A stretch of DNA of 46,330 nucleotides. Source: Candidatus Hermodarchaeota archaeon. Its GTDB lineage: Archaea; Asgardarchaeota; Hermodarchaeia; Hermodarchaeales; Hermodarchaeaceae. A program made the translations under genes and the position numbers. Below the pieces are notes generated by a model. That model saw only the letters and a list, made by a program, of their open reading frames with translations, was not told where the DNA came from and ran no database searches. The stretch is taken from contig JAEOTO010000019.1 in assembly GCA_016839805.1 (NCBI GenBank), positions 1 to 46,330 on the forward strand, read 5' to 3'. Positions 19,424 to 27,834 of this stretch are shown one piece after another (the first letter of the stretch is position 1; every line of letters begins with the position of its first letter).

Positions 19424-20650
19424 GTGGCTGTAATGATGCCTGCAATACTTGTGGTTGGATTCAATGTTCGCCCCCTGGCACGATCGGTTAAGAAAGCAGG
19501 TTATCGAGTACTGGCAGTTGACTTTTGGGGCGACCTCGATCTTTCTGATTGGACAGATGCTCATATTTCGGTTTTAGACCAGCAACCCCAACATCGACCA
19601 GAACGCCCCATGTTACCCACAGCTGAAGCACTCGTCTCTGGTGTTCAACAACTGATTGAAGACCAAGGACCAGTGGAATATATTCTCGCAAGTGGAGGCT
19701 TCGATGATCATCCTGATGCGTGGAACAACCTTAGTCAACTTGGAAACCTATTAGGTAATTCTACTCAAACTCTTATTCGGGCACGAAATAGGCAATTAAC
19801 ATGCGAAATAGCTCAAAAGGCAGGTGCTGCGACTCCTAAGAGTTCCGAAGCAACTACAGCTAAACAGTTACAGGCAGCAACCAACCTTCTCGACCTACCA
19901 ATCCTTGTAAAACCAAAATATGGAAGCGGAGGATTTCATACACGTGTTCTCCGAACGGAAGAGGAAATTACTCAATATATTCAACGTCATCATTTCACTC
20001 CATCCACACCACTTCTTGTCCAAGAGTTGATTATAGGAACGGATGCCAGTGTTTCCGTTCTTAGCTCAGGTAAAACCAGTCTAGCCTTATCTGTCAATGA
20101 ACAACTAATTGGTCTTCCCGAACTGGGGAAAGGTAAAACCAAAGCCTATTGCGGTAATATAATCCCCCTTGACACTAGTTCAGAAACAATGCATCAATTA
20201 GCCAGGATATCCGAGGAAATTAGCTCGAAAATAGAATTAAAGGGGAGTAATGGTTTCGACTTTGTGGTAGCCACTGGTGGAACACCGTTTTTCATGGAAA
20301 TCAACCCACGAATTCAGGCTACTATTGAAGCCGTTGAACTCGTTAGTAAAATAAACCTTGTTTCGCTCCATATCGACGCCTGCCAAGGTCGTTTACCACT
20401 AAAGGCCCCAGAACCTAAGGGGTTTTGTGCCCGTGTTATAGTATATGCCAAATCCACCTGTAAGGTCCCTGATCTACGAAATATTCCCGGAGTGGTAGAC
20501 ATCCCTATACCAGGTAGTATTGCTGAACGTGGTGATCCGGTTTGCACTGTGAACCATATCGGCGAAACCCGTGAACAGGCCTTGAGTGTAGCACGGGAAA
20601 TCGTTAAAACAATTTACAACCATCTCAGACCGATAACTTCAAAGAAATAG
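19424..20650 (+). CDS. ATP-grasp ligase (COG2232/OrfY-like, C1-cofactor biosynthesis context)
   Basis: GFNVRPLARS...AVDFWGDLD N-terminus, VKPKYGSGG, QELIIG, GSNGFDF, EINPRIQAT. Confidence 0.82.
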   Translation: MAVMMPAILVVGFNVRPLARSVKKAGYRVLAVDFWGDLDLSDWTDAHISVLDQQPQHRPERPMLPTAEALVSGVQQLIEDQGPVEYILASGGFDDHPDAWNNLSQLGNLLGNSTQTLIRARNRQLTCEIAQKAGAATPKSSEATTAKQLQAATNLLDLPILVKPKYGSGGFHTRVLRTEEEITQYIQRHHFTPSTPLLVQELIIGTDASVSVLSSGKTSLALSVNEQLIGLPELGKGKTKAYCGNIIPLDTSSETMHQLARISEEISSKIELKGSNGFDFVVATGGTPFFMEINPRIQATIEAVELVSKINLVSLHIDACQGRLPLKAPEPKGFCARVIVYAKSTCKVPDLRNIPGVVDIPIPGSIAERGDPVCTVNHIGETREQALSVAREIVKTIYNHLRPITSKK

Positions 20651-20688
20651 CCATGTAACATAAAATAATCTACTGAGAGGAATGCAAA

Positions 20689-21786
20689 ATGGTACGTGTT
20701 ATTGGTATTGACCCCGGAACTCGATCCTTCGATTTCTGTGGATTAGAAGACGGCAAAATATTCCTTCAAACATCTATTACGAGTGTTGAAGTAGCAGAGA
20801 ACCCCCAAAGCATCTTAGATGTCATTACAGAAGCAGGAGAAATTGACCTCGTAGCAGGACCTTCCGGATATGGGCTCCCGTTACTCCCTGCATCAAAAGT
20901 CACAGAAAAAGAATTCTTTCAACTAGTCTTAGTCCGTCATGATGATGATAAAATACCTGTCCTTGAAGCCATCAAAGATATGGTCCGGCTAGTTCAAAAA
21001 ACCGATATGAACATGGTCTTCATTCCTGGTGTCATTCACCTTCATTCCGTCCCAGTATGGCGAAAACATAATCGTATTGATTTAGGAACAGCCGATAAGT
21101 TATGTTGTGCCGTTCTCGGCGTCTATGACCAAGCGAATCGTTTGAAGAGACCCTATCAAGAAACGGCTTTTATCTTAGTTGAACTTGGGTACGGATATCC
21201 TGCCGCCGTTGCGGTTCAAAACGGAATGATAGTAGATGGTATAGGAGGTACAATCGGAGGACCTGGTTTCCTTACACTAGGTGGAATGGACGGAGAGTTA
21301 GCCTATCTTCTTCGAGGATTTTCAAAAGGCACCCTATTTCAAGGTGGTGTCATGTCTAGGTTAGACGATCCAACATTAAGTCCTGAAGCTTTTGCTGAAC
21401 TACTCTCTCAGGGCGAGCCTAAAGCAACAGAAGCTTGGAATGCAGTCGCTGAAGGATTAGTCAAATCCGTTGCAGCCCTTACAATTTCTGTAAAAAAACC
21501 TCAGGAAATTTTGTTATCCGGTCGACTTACACGCGTACCAGCTCTTGTCAAGGACCTCGAGAAACGCATGCAAAATTTTGGATACCCAGTGTCACGAGTT
21601 CAACGATTAGGGGAGAAATCCAAAGAGGCAGCACAAGGTGCGGCACTTTTTGCAGAAGGGCTAGTGGAGGGTCCAGCAGCAGAGTTAGTTAAGGTTATGC
21701 GTTTACGAGAATGTAGTGGGACAGTCCTGGATTGGATTAGTCTACCACAAGCCAAAGAAATCCGGAATATGTATCGTGAGGCTTAG
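20689..21786 (+). CDS. DUF1464 family ASKHA-fold protein (butyrate-kinase-like)
   Basis: GIDPGTRSFD, GPSGYGLP, NRIDLGTADK, IVDGIGG, GGMDGELAY. Confidence 0.85.
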   Translation: MVRVIGIDPGTRSFDFCGLEDGKIFLQTSITSVEVAENPQSILDVITEAGEIDLVAGPSGYGLPLLPASKVTEKEFFQLVLVRHDDDKIPVLEAIKDMVRLVQKTDMNMVFIPGVIHLHSVPVWRKHNRIDLGTADKLCCAVLGVYDQANRLKRPYQETAFILVELGYGYPAAVAVQNGMIVDGIGGTIGGPGFLTLGGMDGELAYLLRGFSKGTLFQGGVMSRLDDPTLSPEAFAELLSQGEPKATEAWNAVAEGLVKSVAALTISVKKPQEILLSGRLTRVPALVKDLEKRMQNFGYPVSRVQRLGEKSKEAAQGAALFAEGLVEGPAAELVKVMRLRECSGTVLDWISLPQAKEIRNMYREA

Positions 21787-22775
21787 GTTGTTGATATTCG
21801 GGCACCATAATTATTTACTGTGGATGTAAACATTGATCCTCCCGTCGCTGAATCCATTACTACTGACACAGTCCTTTCAATCTTGGACGCAGCTTTTTTC
21901 CCACGGACCAGACCATAACAGGCTGGTCCCCAGGAACTCTGACCAGCTCCTAGAGCTCCTGCTTCCAGCATTGCATTTACATAATCCGCCACTTCTGGAC
22001 TTGCAAAGCGACCCCCCTGAGCACGGGCAAAAGCATCACCCACAAGAATCTGAATACGAGTCAAGGCCTCGCCAAACCGTTCAATATCATTTTCCACAAG
22101 CGCGGGAAGAAGCTTCATTAAAACCAATCGGCTGGTAAGTTGAGCTTGCCTGGGTTTAGCTGAGGGTAGGGTCGTAAAGGCCCGTTCTTCCCGTTCACCA
22201 CTTAGACCCTTTGCAATTTTAGGTATGGCGACTACAAAAAACCAATCATTTGGAACTTCATAATTAACAAGAAGTGGAGGAACCGAATCTTTAACATCCT
22301 TACGTGAAGTTGATTTACCTCCGTCAACCACAAAGCCTCCATCCACAAAGGTGGCGGTGCCCACCCCTGAGACAGCTCCCCGTTGTAATAAACTAGCAAT
22401 CGCATAAGGACTCATTTGTACATCATGTAATATTGAAATTCCCGTACCAATGGCTAGTGCAAGTTGAGTACCAGATCCAAGTCCGACATGATCTGGTATC
22501 GATTCCTTGACTATGATCTCCAATCCCTCAGTATATCCAAGCACCTCAACTAATTTTCTTGTTAGAGATTCAACTCGAATAGGTTGTTCTCCTGAAACCT
22601 TCAATCCCTTCGGGATACGACGGAGTTTTATTTCCCATTCTGGTCGTTCTAATGATACGCCTAGAGAACCATAAATTCGACCTAATCCACCATGTAAATC
22701 GATGAATCCCAGATGCAAGCGAGCCGTAGCGCTGATCGTTACTTTATCGAAATCAGAGTTTGTCATGGTTATCAC
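21783..22775 (-). CDS. mptG: beta-ribofuranosylaminobenzene 5'-phosphate (RFAP) synthase
   Basis: ARLHLGFIDL, HVGLGSGTQL, RG.VSGVG...F..GGFVVDGG, GQSSWGP. Confidence 0.92.
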   Translation of the reverse strand: MITMTNSDFDKVTISATARLHLGFIDLHGGLGRIYGSLGVSLERPEWEIKLRRIPKGLKVSGEQPIRVESLTRKLVEVLGYTEGLEIIVKESIPDHVGLGSGTQLALAIGTGISILHDVQMSPYAIASLLQRGAVSGVGTATFVDGGFVVDGGKSTSRKDVKDSVPPLLVNYEVPNDWFFVVAIPKIAKGLSGEREERAFTTLPSAKPRQAQLTSRLVLMKLLPALVENDIERFGEALTRIQILVGDAFARAQGGRFASPEVADYVNAMLEAGALGAGQSSWGPACYGLVRGKKAASKIERTVSVVMDSATGGSMFTSTVNNYGARISTT

Positions 22776-23416
22776 CTAGACCACTTGGAAACTAAAATCA
22801 TAATATCATGAATTACCATTGCAGCAGACGACTGAGGGGCAATTCGATCAACAAAGCTTTGAAGTTCTGTAATTTGGTAAACCAGCTTACGTGTTAAATC
22901 AACATCAGTTTTGTGTAATGCCTGAACTCGTGACGCATGAATGACACACTCTATTGCCGCACAACGGGCTCGAGAATGAACCATCGGGAAGGGGGCAAAC
23001 ACCTCCACATGCTGCACCTGACAAGTGAATTCATGGAATGGGGTATCGGATTTAGTAGCTCTAGGTTTGACTGTGACCTCAACATAACTAGGCATACCCT
23101 TTATTCGAGGTGGTTTCACCTTGTTGCTGGGTTCAAACTCGATTTGCACTGAAGAGCGCTGGGTTCCTTTGAAAGCTGTTACGAAGAAGAAGCGGGGATC
23201 AGAGGTAATATTCATCACCGCTTCACTACAGAATTCAAGATTTTGCCTAGTTTGAGTGCCATCATAAGGACGGATAAAAAGTTGGTTATTAGCTTCAACC
23301 CAAACTCCCATTGGAGCCGCATTTGGCTGCCCCTCCTTTGATAAAGTTGTAAGGATAGATTCCACCACATCGCCTTCCGAGAATCCCATCATTGCTATAT
23401 CTGTAAACTTTACCAT
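22772..23416 (-). CDS. DUF447 family protein (split-barrel, methanopterin-associated)
   Basis: ESILTT...PNAAPMG, T..NL, RA..AAIE..IHASR; overlaps the mptG start. Confidence 0.85.
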   Translation of the reverse strand: MVKFTDIAMMGFSEGDVVESILTTLSKEGQPNAAPMGVWVEANNQLFIRPYDGTQTRQNLEFCSEAVMNITSDPRFFFVTAFKGTQRSSVQIEFEPSNKVKPPRIKGMPSYVEVTVKPRATKSDTPFHEFTCQVQHVEVFAPFPMVHSRARCAAIECVIHASRVQALHKTDVDLTRKLVYQITELQSFVDRIAPQSSAAMVIHDIMILVSKWSR

Positions 23417-23489
23417 GAAAGGTTTGCCTCCCAGCTATTATAACTGGTGATGATTACTGTTAAGGTATTAAAGAATAAAACTGCGGTGG

Positions 23490-23876
23490 CTATTCGCCAT
23501 AATTAACATACAATGGAATTTGACCCCGATCCTTCAGTGGATCTTCTATTGGCCACCCCAAAGCATCCAGTGCATGTCGAGCTAAAATACGAATCGCGTC
23601 CCAAGCAGCGTCCGTCCGTAACGTCTCTTCCAACCAGTAATGAATATTTTCAGGTCCACTAATCTCATCGAGTTTACGATTCAAATCCTCAAGGACGCGA
23701 CGTTGCTTCCTACTGAAAGTCGTGCGGCGTGTTTTCATGACCTGATACCATTGATCAAATTCAATGGCTAATTCGTCAACCTTCCAGACGAAGCCGGGAA
23801 ACAGTTGGAGTTGAATGTCAGCTGGAGCCGCTAAGGCTTGCAGTGACCATTTGAACCGCATTAAGTAATAGTCCAA
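23490..23876 (-). CDS. Hypothetical helical protein (128 aa)
   Basis: TTG start with GGAGGA Shine-Dalgarno; Trp-rich helical sequence ending W..IR.LA..AL.ALGW. Confidence 0.7.
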   Translation of the reverse strand: MDYYLMRFKWSLQALAAPADIQLQLFPGFVWKVDELAIEFDQWYQVMKTRRTTFSRKQRRVLEDLNRKLDEISGPENIHYWLEETLRTDAAWDAIRILARHALDALGWPIEDPLKDRGQIPLYVNYGE

Positions 23877-24174
23877 TGTAGTTCCTCCACCGTCGCATGT
23901 AACGTGTAATGTTTGGCGTTTGACCCGATAACGTCCAAAGCGGAACTAGAGTTAGGGTTGCTTCTCCTATAATTCCCTTATGGTGTCGAATCCAAAGCTA
24001 GCCTTTTACAACAAATGCAAATAGCTTAACAAACCAGGTTTTTCAGTTGCAAAATCACTATGCCTTTTTTAGTAAAACTTCGAGGGTTATTTTTCAACTA
24101 GGTATTGCTGAAATCTTTAATTCAGTAAAAGCTATAGGGAGACTACTCACCTCAGGATTCGGAGCCAAAAACTT

Positions 24175-25122
24175 ATGCCAGGTCGAGATGTTCACATGGA
24201 TACTCCCGAAGTTCCAGTTTCTGTTCGCCGTGTAGGTGTCACCGGAATTCGAGTGCCAATCCAGTTCATTTTCTTCGAAGAACAACCCGCCATTGTTGTT
24301 CCCACCTTCGATGTTTATGTGGATCTTCCTGCTTATCAAAAAGGCATCCATCCATCACGTAGCTATGAAGCTACAGTCGAGATAGTCAGTCAGCATGCTG
24401 AGAAGCTCCATCATCTCGAAGATCTATGTGCTGAAATCGCCCAAGAGCAACTACAACGGCACGATTATGCCACTGAAGCAGAAGTGCATGCCTTTGCTGA
24501 TGTCGTTTATGCACGGACCACCCCCAAAACAGCTATTCGTACCTATGAATCCTGCACCATGAAAGCCCGTGCAATTGCTACTCGTAGAAAAAATGGTAAG
24601 ATCCAGTTCCGACGATGGATTGGCGTTACTGTCGCTGGAATCACAGCATGTCCATGTGCTCAAGAGCTGCTTCGTGATAAAGCTGAAACCACATTAACGG
24701 CTGAACATCAACTCAAACCTGACCAAGCTCAGAAGATCGCTGACAACTTGCCAATCGGCAGCCACATGCAACGGAGTTTTGGCTCGGTCATGGTTGAGAT
24801 TCCAGAGGGCTTCGATATTGATGCCATCCAATTAGTGGGTATTGTGGAGCAAGCCATGAGTGCAAATTCCTATGAATTACTAAAACGTCCAGACGAAGCT
24901 TCAGTGGTCGAAACTGCCCTTCAAAATCCAAAGTTTGTGGAAGATGCGATTCGCCAAATGGTCAAAAACGTAGTAGATACATACCCTAATCTTCCAGATT
25001 CCATGGAGTTACAGTTCATTCAACGCAACGAAGAGTGTATCCACCGTCACGATCTGGTAGCTGAAGAAACGATTACAATGGGTGGGGCTCGACGGCAGAT
25101 TAATGACAATCATGCCCTCTAG
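24175..25122 (+). CDS. mptA: GTP cyclohydrolase IV (MptA/FolE2 family)
   Basis: RVGVTGI, VDLP..QKGIHPSR, GITACPCAQ, HMQRS, YELLKRPDE, NPKFVED, EECIHRHD. Confidence 0.92.
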   Translation: MPGRDVHMDTPEVPVSVRRVGVTGIRVPIQFIFFEEQPAIVVPTFDVYVDLPAYQKGIHPSRSYEATVEIVSQHAEKLHHLEDLCAEIAQEQLQRHDYATEAEVHAFADVVYARTTPKTAIRTYESCTMKARAIATRRKNGKIQFRRWIGVTVAGITACPCAQELLRDKAETTLTAEHQLKPDQAQKIADNLPIGSHMQRSFGSVMVEIPEGFDIDAIQLVGIVEQAMSANSYELLKRPDEASVVETALQNPKFVEDAIRQMVKNVVDTYPNLPDSMELQFIQRNEECIHRHDLVAEETITMGGARRQINDNHAL

Positions 25123-25178
25123 TTACCAGGGCGAATCGTCAACCCTTATAGATGATTGCCGGAAAAGATGTGGCATAA

Positions 25179-25967
25179 GTGAGTCCCATCAACCTTAAGA
25201 CATGGTGGCCTCGGTATCAAGCAATTATCGACCAATTTGGATACAGTATCACGGCTGACCAGGAAGCCGCGGATTTACTCAGTGAGTACATCAAACATGT
25301 GGCATATTCTATAGTGGATGCAAGTGAAAAAGTTCAGGAGAAAAATGTCGTGGTCTGTGGAGCAGGTCCATCAATAACCCAGAATCTGGAGTATGTCGTC
25401 ACGAATATTACCTTCGAAGATACTGTAATATTCGCGGCAGATGGTGCAACCACAGCATGTTTAGAATACGAGATAGTGCCAGATTTCATCTTAACGGATT
25501 TAGACGGTAAAATGGAGGACATCATCGCTGCTCAGCAACAAGGCGCGATTATTATTGTGCATGCACACGGAGATAACATCAAAGCTTTGGAGCACTGGGT
25601 GCCACAAATAAAGCAGAACCAGTCCATGGGTTCCACCCAGGCAAGACCTCAACCTGGAGTTCATAATCTCGGTGGATTTACCGATGGAGACCGGTGCGTC
25701 TTTTGGGCTGAAGGCCTACGAGCAGATAAAATTGCACTCATTGGAATGGACCTAGGAAACGTAATTGGAAAATACTCAAAACCCGAATTAGATGAAGACG
25801 TGATGGCAACACCCTTGAAACAGCAAAAACTATTGGTTGCTAAAGAGCTATTAACATGGCTCGCAACCTGGAGCGAAAGTTCTATCATCAATTTAACTGG
25901 AATTTACACAAGTATCCCAGGAATTCCTAATCAATCGATCTCTGACTTTTCATGGGACAAAAAATAG
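25179..25967 (+). CDS. mptE: 6-hydroxymethyl-7,8-dihydropterin pyrophosphokinase
   Basis: GAGPS, AADGA, TDLDG, VHAHGDNI, GGFTDGDR. Confidence 0.92.
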   Translation: MSPINLKTWWPRYQAIIDQFGYSITADQEAADLLSEYIKHVAYSIVDASEKVQEKNVVVCGAGPSITQNLEYVVTNITFEDTVIFAADGATTACLEYEIVPDFILTDLDGKMEDIIAAQQQGAIIIVHAHGDNIKALEHWVPQIKQNQSMGSTQARPQPGVHNLGGFTDGDRCVFWAEGLRADKIALIGMDLGNVIGKYSKPELDEDVMATPLKQQKLLVAKELLTWLATWSESSIINLTGIYTSIPGIPNQSISDFSWDKK

Positions 25968-25995
25968 GTGAGATGAAGGAGGAGGACTTACATCA

Positions 25996-27606
25996 ATGAA
26001 AGTATTACTTATAACTGGAAAGTTAGCTGAACCCCTTATCCGAAAAATTATCTCTGAAACCAAAGCGCCCCATTCCTTTGATCTTCTGGTCCTGCCTTTA
26101 GCTGTGGCAGCATTTCTGCACCCCAAGTATGTATCATCACAACTCAAACTACGTGGACCATTAGAAGACTACAACCTTATCTTACTTCCCGGAATGACAG
26201 CAGGTGATGCTGCCATTGTCACGGAAAGCACCGGTATTCCTACATTCAAGGGAACTCGTCACGCTGCGGATCTCCCACTGCTTCTTGACGATATCTTTGA
26301 TGCTGAATCAAGATTATCAACAACACAGCCTGCGGATCTAGCTTTCGCTGAACAACTAACTAAAAAAGCGGAACAGGATCTAGATAAGGGCTATCAACGA
26401 CCGAAAGGCAAACTCCTTGAAGGAGTCCTTATAATTGGAAAAGGGGAGAACAGCTTTGCTATTGGGCGGCGATTACCTCTGCGAATAATCGCCGAAATCA
26501 CTGATGCCCCACTCAGACAAGAAGACGAAATCATCCGGTTAGCAAATTATTTCGTCAATAGCGGAGCTGATGTCATTGACATAGGCATGGTAGCTAGTGC
26601 CCCTAAACCGTCCACAGCAAAAGCAATTGCGAAGCTGATTCACAAACACATCCCAGTTCCGGTCAGTATTGACTCCTTGAATGCCCAAGAAATAATTGGA
26701 GGAATTGAGGGGGGCGCACAACTCGTTCTAAGTCTTGATCAAGACAATATGATGGATATCCCTAAGAAGTATAGAAAACGTGCCACTTTTGCGGTTATCC
26801 CTGCAGCTCAAGATAGCGTAGAACTTCCCAAAACCCTTGATGAACGAATTCAACTTCTTGAGGATAATCTAACGAATGCCCGAGGACTAGGATATCGAAG
26901 CTTAATCGCGGACCCTCTTTGTGACCCACTAATAACACCAGGACTTTCTCAGGCGATAAGGGCTTATGCTGAATTCCATCAGCGACAACCCAATATACCC
27001 ATGTTGATGGGAATTGGGAACATCACCGAGTTACTTGATGCAGATAGTCCCGGTGCGAATGCAGTCCTTGCTGGATTGGCAGCAGAGCTAGGCGTCTCAC
27101 TTTTACTCACAACGGAGGTCAGCTCGAAGACAAAGGGTTCTGTCGAAGAAGTCTATCATGCTGCCCGAATGATGTACCTAGCTCGCCGGCGACGAGCTCA
27201 CCCAAAGGATTTAGGCATTGATTTGCTTAGACTAAAATCGAAACGTTTTCCCGAACTTCCCTTTGAACCGATTCCCGATGCTGAATATCCTATCTATGAT
27301 GTAACTAGTGAAAGGCTCACCCACCCACCAGACGCTCAAGGATACTTCACTTTTCATATTGACCGGCGTCAGCACCAGATTATCGTGCGACATTACCCAG
27401 CAGGTTCAACAGAAAATCCGACCATTGAACTCAAAGGAAACACCGCACAACAACTAATCGATGCTATCATCACTCGTGAACTGGTATCCCAACTCGATCA
27501 TGCAGCTTATATTGGACGCGAGTTAGCAAAGGCTGAATTAGCCCTAACAACTGGGAGACCGTATATCCAAGAAGCGGCGCTTTTTCATAAATTAAAGTTA
27601 GAGTGA
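25996..27606 (+). CDS. Dihydropteroate synthase-like protein (pterin-binding barrel with C-terminal DUF4346)
   Basis: LLITGKLA N-domain, IIAEI.DAP, GADVIDIG, SIDS, GIGNITEL.DADS.G.N, PKDLGIDLL, HAAYIGRELAKAE. Confidence 0.9.
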   Translation: MKVLLITGKLAEPLIRKIISETKAPHSFDLLVLPLAVAAFLHPKYVSSQLKLRGPLEDYNLILLPGMTAGDAAIVTESTGIPTFKGTRHAADLPLLLDDIFDAESRLSTTQPADLAFAEQLTKKAEQDLDKGYQRPKGKLLEGVLIIGKGENSFAIGRRLPLRIIAEITDAPLRQEDEIIRLANYFVNSGADVIDIGMVASAPKPSTAKAIAKLIHKHIPVPVSIDSLNAQEIIGGIEGGAQLVLSLDQDNMMDIPKKYRKRATFAVIPAAQDSVELPKTLDERIQLLEDNLTNARGLGYRSLIADPLCDPLITPGLSQAIRAYAEFHQRQPNIPMLMGIGNITELLDADSPGANAVLAGLAAELGVSLLLTTEVSSKTKGSVEEVYHAARMMYLARRRRAHPKDLGIDLLRLKSKRFPELPFEPIPDAEYPIYDVTSERLTHPPDAQGYFTFHIDRRQHQIIVRHYPAGSTENPTIELKGNTAQQLIDAIITRELVSQLDHAAYIGRELAKAELALTTGRPYIQEAALFHKLKLE

Positions 27607-27834
27607 TAATACAGATTATTTCCTTTAATGAGGAAGGGTTAACAGATAATCCCTCAATTAGCTCGATTTTCTATACTGGCATTGAATGTGATTTTTACGA
27701 TACCTCGGTTAAGATTTTTATAGCGGTTTCATGTCATGTGTAAATAATTCAGCTTGAATGCGGTCGATTCCATCATCCTCTTTTTTCTGGTGGGACGTCT
27801 TCAAAGGAGTAAGCTGAAAGAAGGGAAATTAAAA

